A stretch of DNA of 35,073 bases from Acidimicrobiia bacterium (GCA_029210695.1 JARGFH010000039.1:1-35073); one strand, 5' to 3'; counted from the stretch's first letter, positions 7,900-18,119 are shown. Numbers and translations: made by a program. The notes: generated by a model from the letters alone, not told the origin.

Positions 7900-10800
7900 G
7901 GAGACATTGCTGATGAACCCCGAACCAGCCACAACTGCCGACCACCCGGTCGGTGAGGGCCTTATCGAGATCGACGGAGAAGGCTTCTATGCCATACCGG
8001 ACGTCGATCAGATTCCGCCCTTCCTGATGAGCGTGGTCAGCGACGGGGATCGCTGGATGTTCATCTCCAGCACCGGAGGCCTCACCGCCGGACGAGGTGA
8101 CTCCGCCGGAGCGATCTTCCGCTACGAAACCGACGACCGCCTGCACAACTCGGTGGGCTTCGCCGGACCGGTCACCGCTATTCGCATCTCCGGCGCAGAG
8201 GAGGGCGAGATGTGGACTCCGTTCCGCGGCAAGCCCCGATCGCAGGTTCATCGCAACCTCTACAAGGCGGTGGTCGGTGATTCGATCATCTTCGAAGAGA
8301 CCCACCGGGAACTGCACCTCACGTTTCGATACCGGTGGGCGAGCAGCGGTGAGTTCGGCTTCGTACGGACTGCAACGCTCGTCAACGACGGCGACCAAGC
8401 GGTACGCGCCGACCTGATCGACGGCTTGCTCGATGTGCTTCCGTTTGGCCTCGACCCGTCGGTGTACCAGAGCAAGAACAACCTCACCAACGCATACAAG
8501 CGGAGTGAAATCATCGACCCAATCAGCCGCCTGGCCGTCTTCTCGCTCGAAGCCGGAGTGGTCGATCGCCCGGAACCCTCCGAGGTTCTTCGCAGCACAA
8601 TCGCCTGGTCTGTGGGACTCGGCGAGTCTTCGGTGACGGTCGAGCCTTCCGCCCTGGCAAGTTTCGAAGCCGGGTATCCGCCGGCCGATGTCTCACTCCT
8701 CAAAGGCAGGCCGGGCGCCTACCTCCTGCGCGGCACCCTGGATCTCGCTCCCGGGGCCGACACTTCCTGGCACATCGTGGCCGATGCCGCCCAGGATCAG
8801 ATCGCCGTCGCCGCCCTGCGGACGCAACTCCACTCGGCGGGTGATCTTCCGGACGCCATTACCGCTTCGCTGCGGGCTGCCAACAATTCGTTCGTCCGGA
8901 TCATGGCACCGGCCGACGCGCTACAGCGGACCGGCGACCGTGTGGCCACGGCCCACCAGTTTGCCAACGTCACCTACAACGCCATGCGGGGCGGCGCTCC
9001 ACTCGCCGGATACCGCATCAACACCGATGACTTCTCGAGGTTCTTGTTCGACCGGAACCGGAAGGTGGCAGGCCGGCACCGGGATTGGCTCCGGTCACTG
9101 CCGGAGGTGATCGACCGACAGGCGCTGCTGGAACAGATCGGCCGGACGGGCGATCGAGACCTCGAGCGGCTCGGCCACGGGTACCTGCCGTTCGGCTTCT
9201 CGCGCCGCCACGGTGACCCCAGCAGACCGTGGAACGCCTTTTCGATACGAATACACGACGACGCCGGCCGGCCCGTCATCTACTACGAAGGCAACTGGCG
9301 CGACATCTTCCAGAACTGGGAAGCGATGTGCATGAGCTTCCCCGAGTATTACCCCGACGTAATCTCGGTGTTCGTCAACGCCTCCACCCCCGATGGGTTC
9401 AACCCCTATCGCATCACCCGCGACGGCGTTGACTGGGAAGCGCCCGATCCCCACGACCCGTGGAGCAACATCGGATACTGGGGTGACCACCAGATCGTCT
9501 ACCTGCTCCGCCTCCTCGAGGCTGCCGACCGCTTCCTGCCGGGGGAAGTGGGGCGTCTCCTCGGCGTATCGCGGTTCTCCTACGCCGACGTGCCCTACCG
9601 GATCGCCCCGTACCAACAACTCGTGGACGACCCGAAGGAAACGATCGACTACGACCAGGCGGCGGCGGCCCGGTCGGCCCGGCAAGTCGAACAGGTGGGC
9701 AACGATGGCAAGCTGATGCACGGAGAAGACGGCGAGGTTTACCACGTCACCTTGGCGGAGAAGATGCTGGTGCCCGCCCTCGCCAAGCTCTCCAACTTCG
9801 TGCCCGGCGGGGGTATCTGGATGAATACCCAGCGGCCGGAATGGAACGATGCCAACAACGCTTTGGTCGGATACGGCCTATCGATGGTGACTCTGTACCA
9901 CCTCCGCAAGTACCTTCAGCACTTCAGTTCGCTGATCCGCGCAACCGGCCCGGCAGATGTGGAAATGTCCACCGAGGTCGCAGAGTGGCTGGCGACCGTC
10001 ACCGCCGCCTTGCACGGGTCACCTGAACGTGGCTCCGACATCACGGACGGCTCCCGCAAGGAGCTCCTGGATAACCTCGGCGAGGCCTTCACCATCTACC
10101 GGTCCCGGGTCTACGAGTCCGGATTCTCGGGCCTCACGACGGTGGCGCTCGATTCGGTGGTTGAGCTCTGCGAGGTTGCCATCGAGCACCTTGACGGCGC
10201 CATTGGCGGCAACCGTCGGCCCGACGGCTTGTACCACTCCTACAACCTGATCCGGTTCGCGTCCGACGGGTCGGCTGCGTCGATAGAGCACCTACCGGAA
10301 ATGCTCGAGGGCCAGGTGGCCGCCCTGAGTTCGGGCGTGCTCACCGCAGAGGAAAAGGCCGACGTGATCGATGCCTTGTTCGCCGGTGCCATGTACCGGA
10401 CCGACCAGAACAGCTTCATGCTGTATCCGGCCCGACAGCTTCCATCGTTCCTCGACAAGAACGTCGTGCCTGCCGATGCGGTCGAAGGCAATCCGCTGCT
10501 CGGTGCGCTGCTCAAAGGGGGAGACCGTTCGGTTATCGCCGTCGACGTCGACGGCCGGTACCGGTTCAATGCCGCCTTCGCCAACCGGGACGACCTCGAA
10601 GCGCGGCTCGATCGTGTCGCCGGCGACGCGACATGGGGAAGCCTCGTGGCCGCCCACAGGGGGACGACTCTGGACACCTACGAGAAGGTTTTCCGCCACC
10701 ATGCCTACACGGGCCGCTCGGGATCGATGTACGGCTACGAGGGAATCGGCTCGATCTACTGGCACATGGTCGCCAAACTGCTGGTGGCGGTACAGGAAGC

Positions 10801-11368
10801 GGCGGTCGAAGCGGTGTCCACCGGGGCGCAGTCCGATACGATCGAGCGGCTCGTCGACGCCTACTGGCGAGTGCGATCGGGTTTGGGTTTCAACAAGTCG
10901 GCCGCGGAATTCGGGGCCATCCCGCTCGACCCATATTCACATACACCCGCCCATTCAGGCGCACAGCAGCCGGGCATGACCGGGCTGGTCAAGGAAGAAC
11001 TGCTGACCCGGCTGCTGGAAGTGGGGGTTCGGGTCGAGAGCGGGGAAATCCGGTTCGACCCTCGTTTCTTGCGACGGGAGGAGCTACTCGGCCAACCGGA
11101 GTCATGGCCGGTATACGACGTCGGGCTCGAACTGGGTGTGATTGAGCTCGAGGCGGGGTCGCTGGGTATGACCTTGTGCCAGGTGCCGGTTGTGGTGTCG
11201 GTGACATCTGGAGATGCCGGGATCGAGGTCGTGTTCGCCGACGGTACGGTCGAACACCAAGCCGGCCTGCGCCTGGATCGCCAGACCAGTGCCAGGGTCT
11301 TCGCCCGATCAGGCGAGGTAGCGCGGATCAATGCCCGGCTGCCGAAAGAGCTCGTCGAAGACAAGTAG
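7892..11368 (+). CDS. GH149-family beta-1,3-glucan phosphorylase (probable)
   Basis: 1158 aa; motifs WMFISSTGGLTAGR, FSRRHGDPSRPWN, YEGNWRDIFQNWE, WMNTQRPEWNDANNALVG, YEGIGSIYWHMV, AQQPGMTG recalled from GH149; GH16/GH3/GH17 context fits. Confidence 0.8.
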   Translation: MIEETLLMNPEPATTADHPVGEGLIEIDGEGFYAIPDVDQIPPFLMSVVSDGDRWMFISSTGGLTAGRGDSAGAIFRYETDDRLHNSVGFAGPVTAIRISGAEEGEMWTPFRGKPRSQVHRNLYKAVVGDSIIFEETHRELHLTFRYRWASSGEFGFVRTATLVNDGDQAVRADLIDGLLDVLPFGLDPSVYQSKNNLTNAYKRSEIIDPISRLAVFSLEAGVVDRPEPSEVLRSTIAWSVGLGESSVTVEPSALASFEAGYPPADVSLLKGRPGAYLLRGTLDLAPGADTSWHIVADAAQDQIAVAALRTQLHSAGDLPDAITASLRAANNSFVRIMAPADALQRTGDRVATAHQFANVTYNAMRGGAPLAGYRINTDDFSRFLFDRNRKVAGRHRDWLRSLPEVIDRQALLEQIGRTGDRDLERLGHGYLPFGFSRRHGDPSRPWNAFSIRIHDDAGRPVIYYEGNWRDIFQNWEAMCMSFPEYYPDVISVFVNASTPDGFNPYRITRDGVDWEAPDPHDPWSNIGYWGDHQIVYLLRLLEAADRFLPGEVGRLLGVSRFSYADVPYRIAPYQQLVDDPKETIDYDQAAAARSARQVEQVGNDGKLMHGEDGEVYHVTLAEKMLVPALAKLSNFVPGGGIWMNTQRPEWNDANNALVGYGLSMVTLYHLRKYLQHFSSLIRATGPADVEMSTEVAEWLATVTAALHGSPERGSDITDGSRKELLDNLGEAFTIYRSRVYESGFSGLTTVALDSVVELCEVAIEHLDGAIGGNRRPDGLYHSYNLIRFASDGSAASIEHLPEMLEGQVAALSSGVLTAEEKADVIDALFAGAMYRTDQNSFMLYPARQLPSFLDKNVVPADAVEGNPLLGALLKGGDRSVIAVDVDGRYRFNAAFANRDDLEARLDRVAGDATWGSLVAAHRGTTLDTYEKVFRHHAYTGRSGSMYGYEGIGSIYWHMVAKLLVAVQEAAVEAVSTGAQSDTIERLVDAYWRVRSGLGFNKSAAEFGAIPLDPYSHTPAHSGAQQPGMTGLVKEELLTRLLEVGVRVESGEIRFDPRFLRREELLGQPESWPVYDVGLELGVIELEAGSLGMTLCQVPVVVSVTSGDAGIEVVFADGTVEHQAGLRLDRQTSARVFARSGEVARINARLPKELVEDK

Positions 11369-11459
11369 GTTCCCGAGGTCGAAGCCGGCGCAAAGCCGGA
11401 AGGCATCGGAGCTTCGCCGCCCGGCAAAACCCTTAATTGAGTTGTTGAAGGAGATCGAA

Positions 11460-12347
11460 ATGTCATATCGCAACCAGAGGACCCTGTCTTTGACCGGAGT
11501 CGATGCCTCGAGGCTCTCAGTAGAGGACCTGCGGGAGCTGATTCGTGAGATTCTCGCGGCCGGAATCCACGGCCTCTGCTTCAGCCCCTACGTGGAGGGC
11601 CAGGGCCCCGGCACGGAAGTCGGCGCCGCGCAGATTCGTGATCGATTGGCCGTCATCCAGCCGTTTGTCGGTTGGATACGCTCATTCTCCGCACGGGAAG
11701 GGAACGAGTTGATTCCCGCGATAGCGAAGGAGCAGGGTCTGCAGACGCTGGTCGGTCTGTGGATAGACGACGATCTGGAGAAGAACGAGATCGAACTGGC
11801 CAACGCGATCGCTATCGCCCGGGCAGGCAACGCCGGACTCCTGGCCGTGGGCAACGAGGTGCTCCTGCGCGGCGATCTCTCCGAGGATCAGCTCATCGAT
11901 TACATCCAGCGCGTCAAGGCGGCAGTCCCCGGCGTAGATGTGGGTTACGTTGACGCCTATTTCGAGTTTGTGGACCACCCACGCGTAACTGAGGCCTGTG
12001 ATGTCATCCTCGCCAACTGCTATCCGTTCTGGGAAGGTTGTCCGGCCGACCATGCACTGCTGTACATGAAGGAGATGTACCGTCGCGCCACCGGGGCAGC
12101 CGGCGGAAAGAAGGTCATCATCAGTGAGACCGGCTGGCCGAACATCGGTACCCCGGAGAAGGGTGCAGTGCCTTCCTATGAGAACGCCATGAAGTTCTTC
12201 ATCGACACCTACCGGTGGGCCGAGGAGGAAGGCATTGAGGTCTTCTACTTCTCGGCATTCGACGAAGCCTGGAAGGTGGATGCTGAAGGAGACGTCGGCG
12301 CCTTCTGGGGCCTCTGGGACAAGGACGGCCGGCCGAAATATGTCTAA
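11460..12347 (+). CDS. GH17 beta-1,3-glucanase/glucosidase
   Basis: RBS AAGGAG before ATG 11460; GLCFSPY, acid/base VGNEV, NCYPFWEG, nucleophile ISETGWP, FSAFDEAWK. Confidence 0.88.
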   Translation: MSYRNQRTLSLTGVDASRLSVEDLRELIREILAAGIHGLCFSPYVEGQGPGTEVGAAQIRDRLAVIQPFVGWIRSFSAREGNELIPAIAKEQGLQTLVGLWIDDDLEKNEIELANAIAIARAGNAGLLAVGNEVLLRGDLSEDQLIDYIQRVKAAVPGVDVGYVDAYFEFVDHPRVTEACDVILANCYPFWEGCPADHALLYMKEMYRRATGAAGGKKVIISETGWPNIGTPEKGAVPSYENAMKFFIDTYRWAEEEGIEVFYFSAFDEAWKVDAEGDVGAFWGLWDKDGRPKYV

Positions 12348-13302
12348 GTCACCAAGGGGAACCTTCAGCCGCGCCGATCCGTTGGTCCCGCACGGCAACG
12401 CTATCTGTTACTCGGGCTATCGAGAGAACCAGAGTCCCCGAACCGGCATGTACCCAAGCTATGCGGAGGTCAAAGAGGACCTTCTGATCCTGACTGCAAA
12501 CTGGGACCATCTCAGACTGTACGACAGCAGCCGGCACGCCGAAATCGTGCTCGACGTGATTGATCGGGAAGACCTTGGTTTCAAGGTCATGCTCGGCCTG
12601 GATCTGGCTGCCGAGATGAGCAACCCCGCTTGTCCCTGGGGTGCGGACTTCAGCGACGAGACCCTCATCGCCAACCGGCAGGACAACGACGGTCAAGTCG
12701 ACAAGGCGATCACACTGGCCAACCGCTACCGGGATATCGTGTCCTCCGTGGCGGTGGGCAATGAAGCCAGCGTCGAATGGACCGATCACATGGTGCCGTT
12801 GGAAAGCCTGATCGCCCGCGTCCAGAAGATCAAGAGCGAGATCGATCAACCGGTCACGTCTTGCGACAACTATGTCCCGTGGGCCGACAAGCTCGAACCG
12901 TTGGCAGCCGCTCTCGACTTCATCTCGGTGCACACATACCCGGTTTGGGAGTACCGGACCTTGTCGGACGCGCTCGCATACACGCAGCAGAACTACCAGT
13001 CCGTCGTCGATCGCTATCCCGGCAAGCCGGTCATGATCACGGAGGCCGGGTGGCCGACCGCCTCAAATGGGCGCGGCATCGATCCCTCGAATGCCTCCGA
13101 GGAACTCCAGGCGGAGTATTACGAAGAGCTCCTCGCCTGGACCAACGCCGAAGGGATCCTCACCTTCGTCTTCGAAGCATTCGACGAGCCCTGGAAAGGC
13201 TCACCTGATCCGTTGGAACCTGAGAAACACTGGGGCCTCTTCAGACTCGATCGCACTCCAAAGCTGGTGATGCAAGGGCTATACGGAGAACCTCACAGCT
13301 GA
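12340..13302 (+). CDS. Second GH17 beta-1,3-glucanase
   Basis: ATG 12340 overlaps the previous stop; NAICYSGYR, VGNEA, HTYPVWE, ITEAGWPT, FEAFDEPWK, EKHWGLF. Confidence 0.88.
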   Translation: MSKSPRGTFSRADPLVPHGNAICYSGYRENQSPRTGMYPSYAEVKEDLLILTANWDHLRLYDSSRHAEIVLDVIDREDLGFKVMLGLDLAAEMSNPACPWGADFSDETLIANRQDNDGQVDKAITLANRYRDIVSSVAVGNEASVEWTDHMVPLESLIARVQKIKSEIDQPVTSCDNYVPWADKLEPLAAALDFISVHTYPVWEYRTLSDALAYTQQNYQSVVDRYPGKPVMITEAGWPTASNGRGIDPSNASEELQAEYYEELLAWTNAEGILTFVFEAFDEPWKGSPDPLEPEKHWGLFRLDRTPKLVMQGLYGEPHS

Positions 13303-13366
13303 TCAAACACTGCCCCCGAAACAGGTATCCATCGACCTCGAGCACCCGAGCCGGGCCGTCGAGTGA

Positions 13367-13390
13367 GGTGGGGACCGCTAAGCCCCCACC
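13367..13390. terminator. Hairpin between convergent genes
   Basis: GGTGGGG-N10-CCCCACC between the GH17 and VOC stops. Confidence 0.45.
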
Positions 13391-13399
13391 CCGCTCCGA

Positions 13400-13771
13400 T
13401 CACTCGCCTGCGGGGGTCTCAGCTTCGACCAAACCGACCAGGTTGCCGGCCGGATCGTGGAACATCCCGAAGGTGACCATCCCCGGTATGACCGTTCTCG
13501 GTACAGCCGTCGTGGCCCCACCCGCTTCAGCCTTGGCAAGGTGCTCGTCGATCGAGTCCACCTCAACATACATGGCCTGGTACGACGGCATGTGCTCGTC
13601 CCCGGCCCCGATCGCGCCGGCCACGCCGGTGTCATCGGCCGGGACCATGGTGTACCCGCCAAAACCAGGAACCTCCTCACCATTCCACCCGAACAGGTCG
13701 TGGTAGAAGGTGTTCAGTGCGGAAGCGTCAGGTCCCATGAGCTCCCAGTGCACGATCTTGTGCGATGCCAT
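13400..13771 (-). CDS. VOC/glyoxalase family protein
   Basis: IVHWEL..FYHDLFGW..YVEVDSID..GG..FHDPAGNLVGLVE; RBS GAGGAGG before ATG 13771. Confidence 0.88.
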   Translation of the reverse strand: MASHKIVHWELMGPDASALNTFYHDLFGWNGEEVPGFGGYTMVPADDTGVAGAIGAGDEHMPSYQAMYVEVDSIDEHLAKAEAGGATTAVPRTVIPGMVTFGMFHDPAGNLVGLVEAETPAGE

Positions 13772-13861
13772 ACCTGCCTCCTCAGCTAGACGGCTCGAAC
13801 ATTTCCGAACACTATCCAAGCCTGCGAATTACGACGTCTGTGATAGGCGTCTTCTCTCGAG

Positions 13862-14332
13862 TCAGCTAGAAGGTTGCTCCGCAGCCGTCTTGAGTTGAGC
13901 AAGGCCCTTCTCGAAGTCGGGTCCAATCATCTTGTCCATGCTCTTGAAGATCCCTAGCAAGCGAGTCATCAACGTCTTTGGTCCGATCATCGTCCAGGTG
14001 ACCGAAGTCGATTCTCCTTCAGACCGCAGGTCGAAAGTGGTGGTACTGCTGGATTTGAAGGGCTTGAGGAATTCGAGAGCGATCTCCACGCTCGACGGCT
14101 CAATCGCCCCGGTGATCTCCATCGTCCCTTCGCCTGCCTTGCGGTTGCCCGCCCAGGCATACTTGGCTCCCTTACCCCGGTCGGCTCCAGAGTAAGTGCG
14201 CCGGAGATTCGGATCGAGGTCATCCCAAGGCGACCACGAAGTCCATCGACGGAGATCGACAATATGCGAGTAAACGGCTTGGGCCGGCGCGCCGATGGAC
14301 ACTGAGCGTTGGACGGTATACGTGTCGGGCAT
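13862..14332 (-). CDS. SRPBCC/polyketide cyclase-like protein, probably leaderless
   Basis: RSVSIGAP..WSPW..GAKYAWAGN..DFEKGLAQLK; TAGTCT 6 nt upstream of the ATG and no SD. Confidence 0.88.
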   Translation of the reverse strand: MPDTYTVQRSVSIGAPAQAVYSHIVDLRRWTSWSPWDDLDPNLRRTYSGADRGKGAKYAWAGNRKAGEGTMEITGAIEPSSVEIALEFLKPFKSSSTTTFDLRSEGESTSVTWTMIGPKTLMTRLLGIFKSMDKMIGPDFEKGLAQLKTAAEQPSS

Positions 14333-14449
14333 CGGGTGAGACTAGGGCGGGAACGTCCGCTCGTCGAGGGATCCGAAGGCGTTGTGCCTTGCTCATCCAC
14401 GAGACCTTTGAGAACAGCGATGAACTGAAGTTTCATCTCTCAAAAGGCA

Positions 14450-14527
14450 CCAACTCGCTGGATAGCCCAGTTCGGGGTTGAGGGCACGCCGATTCTCCGA
14501 GGGCAGGACTCCCTGCCACTCCGCTTC
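14450..14527 (-). pseudogene. Short diverged fragment of a penicillin-acylase-family gene
   Basis: Aligns to 16511-16591 (65/78 identical by hand, one 3-bp gap): EAEWQGVLP-SENRRALNPELGYPASW vs EAEWQGILPFSENPHSRNPEQGYLASW. Confidence 0.8.
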
Positions 14528-14657
14528 CATTGTTCTTGTCCTCGGCGTCGCGGTAGCGGGCTCTCACGTTGTGGCGAATCTGTTACATGCTCGTAGCGAG
14601 GGAGCACGTGGTGTCGGATTGTGGAATAAAGACAGACACCGAAGCTGGAGGTACATC

Positions 14658-15416
14658 GTGAAACGCACCACTGTTCTCATCATCGGGCCGGCGATCCTCG
14701 CCGCTGAGTGTGGATCGAGCGCGGTAGGAAGCGCCGGGAACGTTCCGGATGATTCGGACGATGCCAAAGCGAACTGGATACTCGGATACCTGTTGAGCGC
14801 ACAGGCAAGCGAGGCCGGGGAACCCTCCGAGCCGAAGATCGTTCTCACGGATACGTCGGGTGGGCAGACCACCGCCACAGCGGTGGACGCCGACCTCGAA
14901 GGAGACGACACGTTTGAAACCGATGAGCGGGTCACCGACCTGCTCTACGATCTGGCGAACACGATCGAAGCCCGAGGCGACCTCCGCCCGTTGGTCTCAA
15001 CCGGCGGCCTGTATCTCGTGTACAACGCGGCGCCGGCGTTGTATTCCCCGGCCGAGCTCGAAGGGGTTCTCAGCGATGAGACGACCTACCAGTGGCCGTC
15101 GCACGTGGTCGCCGACGATGACCCCGCCGCCGAACTGCCGTTCCACACGTTCGCCGAGGAGATCGGTGAGAGCTTCCTGGAGGCCTTCCACGATCCGGAC
15201 AATGAGTTCCCCCGCAACGAGTGGCGCGATCTCGCCGACCAGGGCATCCCCGATGAGGCGAACCCTATCCCCATCGAGCTGCGCGAATTCGACTCGATCT
15301 CAGTAGCCGACGGGGGTCATGACGGGATCGAGTGGTTCGTCTGGTACGTGTCGATCGACTACCAGAACGGCGAGCCGCGCATCGTCGGTCTGACCTTTCA
15401 CGCCTGGACTCCGTAA
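14658..15416 (+). CDS. Hypothetical acidic exported protein, possibly a lipoprotein with atypical lipobox
   Basis: GGAGG before GTG 14658; MKRTTVLIIGPAILAAECGSS; coding-like GC3 bias. Confidence 0.65.
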   Translation: MKRTTVLIIGPAILAAECGSSAVGSAGNVPDDSDDAKANWILGYLLSAQASEAGEPSEPKIVLTDTSGGQTTATAVDADLEGDDTFETDERVTDLLYDLANTIEARGDLRPLVSTGGLYLVYNAAPALYSPAELEGVLSDETTYQWPSHVVADDDPAAELPFHTFAEEIGESFLEAFHDPDNEFPRNEWRDLADQGIPDEANPIPIELREFDSISVADGGHDGIEWFVWYVSIDYQNGEPRIVGLTFHAWTP

Positions 15417-15513
15417 CCGTCGCTCAGCACCTGAACCAGCCGCAGCGGTGGCTCCCATTCCGGCGCCAACGAATCACCAACCTTGGGTACCCGGCGACTC
15501 CCGAACTCACAGG

Positions 15514-15592
15514 CGTTCTCCCCTCACCGAAGGTGGGGGGAGTCCACCCGGCCGGAGGCCGGGTGGGAGGGGGGCAACACCAAACCAGCTCC
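15514..15592. repeat. REP-like double-hairpin repeat, copy 1
   Basis: Near-identical to 28566-28643; hairpins CTCCCCTCACC-GAA-GGTGGGGGGAG and CCACCCGGCC-GGA-GGCCGGGTGG. Confidence 0.85.
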
Positions 15593-15606
15593 CTAGAAGA
15601 GCGTGA

Positions 15607-15639
15607 ACGGAGGGGGCGCCACAACGGCGCCCCCTCCGT
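15607..15639. terminator. Terminator-like hairpin downstream of the acylase
   Basis: 14-bp perfect stem ACGGAGGGGGCGCC/GGCGCCCCCTCCGT, 4 nt after the stop at 15644. Confidence 0.7.
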
Positions 15640-15643
15640 CGAC

Positions 15644-17983
15644 TCACGGCAGGCGCAAAGTCACCGTCGACTCTATGAAGCCTCTGAGATCTGCCTTCGA
15701 CAACCTCATCGGCTTGTAGGTCCAGGTGGAGTACAGCGTCAGCTGGTCCGAGAAGTGCGGGCTGGACGCATCGCCACTCTGACCGGGCGAGATCACGTTC
15801 TGGGCGGTGACGTTGCCGCGCAGATGCACGATCTGGTTGTACGTACCGCGGTTCATCCAGATGGTATCCGGGAGCCCGGGCGTGAGCGGCAGCGGCGCCC
15901 AGTGGATCACCGAGATCGGCTGCTGCCAGAGGCTCATATCGGCCGTGCCGTAGTCGGCGGTCAGACCGTCGAGGGCACCGATCAACGCCCCGGTCACTGC
16001 GGCTCCCGGCGTAGCCCCTTCCAGGTAGTCGTACTGGAGGGGTAGACCGGCGTCTGCTCCCGCCAGCATCCGGTCGATCAGGTTGCCGACGATGAACCGG
16101 TTGCTGATACCGGCCACCTCGTCAAACACTCCGTCGGCCAGCGCCAACCACCAGGCGTTGAAGATGGCCCCGAAGGGATCGTCGTAGTACCCGTTATGGT
16201 CGAGGTCGACCTGCAAGTGATCCCATCCGGCCAGATCATCCACAACACCGGCGAGGCGAGCATCGGCCGAGGTGTCGACCAGAGCCAGGAGCTCATCGAG
16301 GTAGGTGGTGACGAACACCGAATTCGCCGCCCCGGTCGGGGTGTCGGTGGTCCAACCTCCGGTCCGGTTGATCGCCTCCACGGTCTCGACGGTGGCCGAT
16401 CGAGGCTCCAGCTCCCGCAGCTCGGCCAGGAACGTGTTGACCCGGTGAGCCGGCCCCCACATCCAGAAGTCGGCCGTCGAGTTCTCCCATCCCGGTGCGG
16501 GCTTGTTGTTCCAGCTCGCCAGATAACCCTGTTCGGGGTTGCGGGAATGCGGGTTCTCCGAAAACGGCAGGATGCCCTGCCACTCCGCTTCACCTGTTCC
16601 CGGGAGCGGGAAGAACCGGCTGAACCCATCGGCGCGCACCGGGATGTGCCCGATGTGCCAGTAGGCGATGTTGCCGGTCCGGTCGGCGTAGAGCACGTTG
16701 AAGTTGTAGGCCACGTCGTCGAGGGCTGCTTCGAACTCCCGGATGTTTCCGGCCCGGCCGAGGCTGCCCCACGCTTCGAGCGATTGCATCTCCTTGCCGT
16801 AGGTGACGTTCTTGAACGAAAGTGCGGTCGCCCCGTCGGATCCGAGGATCGGTCCGTGCACGCTAGTGCACAGCGTTTCGGTGTGGGTTCCGACGAAGGC
16901 CACTCCGATTTGCTCGTCTCGGCACTCGAGATCATGCCAGGCGCCCTCGAACCAGTACTGGCTCGGGTCGGAGGGGTTGAGCACCTCGACGTAGATGTCG
17001 CTGTTGTCGCTGCCACCCGAGGTCAAGGTCCAGGCATAGCCGTTGCCCACCCCGATCGGAACGAGAGGAAAGCCGGCGATCGTCATGCCGGTCACATCGA
17101 AACCCGCACCGTGCAGACCGACCTCGTGGTTGATCTGGGGGGTGCCGTACCCCATTTGGGGACCGCCCAACAGCAGTGCGGCCCCGTCGGCCGACAACCG
17201 CGGCGCAATGACCAGCGCGTTCGAAGCCCAGCCGTCGCCGGGGAGGTTGGCGTTGTCCCAGGCGGCACCGGGCATGCTCGCCACCGCAGCCGAGGTGGGC
17301 AGTTCCGCAGGCGGCCCACCGGCGCGCCGACCCTTCGGGCCGATGGCGCCGTCGGCCGGCACGGTGGTGGGAGCGTCGGGATCGTCGAGCCAGAACAGAT
17401 CACCGAACACGGTCCCGGCATCGACGGGCCCGAGGGCTGCTACGAGGGCGTCCCAGGAGGCGGCGTTGGTGAGCTCGTCCGATCCGAACCAGCCGAACTG
17501 ACTGCCGAGCAGCATGAAGACGGCGACCGAGTCGTCGACAGTCCACGGACGGGGCGGGCCGACCAACCCATACTGGGCCGGCAGATTGCCTTCGGCGATA
17601 CGGGCGTTGATACCGTCGGCATAGCCGGTCAGCATTGTCTTGAGATCATCAGAGGCGCCTGCGAAGGCGGCAGACCGCCGTTCGGCAGGACCGAACATCC
17701 GTCTTGCGTCGATGTCACCGTCCAGTACCGCCGGGCCGAACAGTTCCGCCAGCGTTCCGGTGGCGGACCGCCGAAGGATCTCCGCCTGCCAGAGGCGGTC
17801 GTCGGCGGCCACATACCCCATCCCGAAGAACAGCGCTTCCAGGCTGCCAGCGTAGAGGTGAGGGACGCCGTATTCGTCCCGGTGGATGGTGACGGTGTCT
17901 GGCCCCTTGGGGGCGGCTGCCGCCGGGATGATGAGCGTCCCGACCAGTAGCACGGACAACAACAAGACGAGCGAACGTCTCAT
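15644..17983 (-). CDS. Secreted penicillin acylase family (Ntn hydrolase, peptidase S45) protein
   Basis: RBS GGAGGAG, signal peptide, IHRDEYGVPHLYA, DRLWQ, beta-chain nucleophile ASNA, FNVLYAD, NPEQGYLASWNNKP, NRGTYNQIV, PGQSG. Confidence 0.92.
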   Translation of the reverse strand: MRRSLVLLLSVLLVGTLIIPAAAAPKGPDTVTIHRDEYGVPHLYAGSLEALFFGMGYVAADDRLWQAEILRRSATGTLAELFGPAVLDGDIDARRMFGPAERRSAAFAGASDDLKTMLTGYADGINARIAEGNLPAQYGLVGPPRPWTVDDSVAVFMLLGSQFGWFGSDELTNAASWDALVAALGPVDAGTVFGDLFWLDDPDAPTTVPADGAIGPKGRRAGGPPAELPTSAAVASMPGAAWDNANLPGDGWASNALVIAPRLSADGAALLLGGPQMGYGTPQINHEVGLHGAGFDVTGMTIAGFPLVPIGVGNGYAWTLTSGGSDNSDIYVEVLNPSDPSQYWFEGAWHDLECRDEQIGVAFVGTHTETLCTSVHGPILGSDGATALSFKNVTYGKEMQSLEAWGSLGRAGNIREFEAALDDVAYNFNVLYADRTGNIAYWHIGHIPVRADGFSRFFPLPGTGEAEWQGILPFSENPHSRNPEQGYLASWNNKPAPGWENSTADFWMWGPAHRVNTFLAELRELEPRSATVETVEAINRTGGWTTDTPTGAANSVFVTTYLDELLALVDTSADARLAGVVDDLAGWDHLQVDLDHNGYYDDPFGAIFNAWWLALADGVFDEVAGISNRFIVGNLIDRMLAGADAGLPLQYDYLEGATPGAAVTGALIGALDGLTADYGTADMSLWQQPISVIHWAPLPLTPGLPDTIWMNRGTYNQIVHLRGNVTAQNVISPGQSGDASSPHFSDQLTLYSTWTYKPMRLSKADLRGFIESTVTLRLP

Positions 17984-18119
17984 GGCCTTCTCCTCCCTGT
18001 TCGTCTTTCGAAACCTACCCCCATGGCTGCCCCGGTGACGGCGAGGAAGCCGTTCGGTGTGAGACGCAGGGCCACCATCATCGTCCATCGAGGTGCGGGA
18101 GCCGTTCGGCGCGGGTGCT

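Noticed and set aside
13795..13810. LexA SOS box upstream of the VOC gene
   Set aside because: CGAAC is repeated directly rather than as TCGAAC-N4-GTTCGA.
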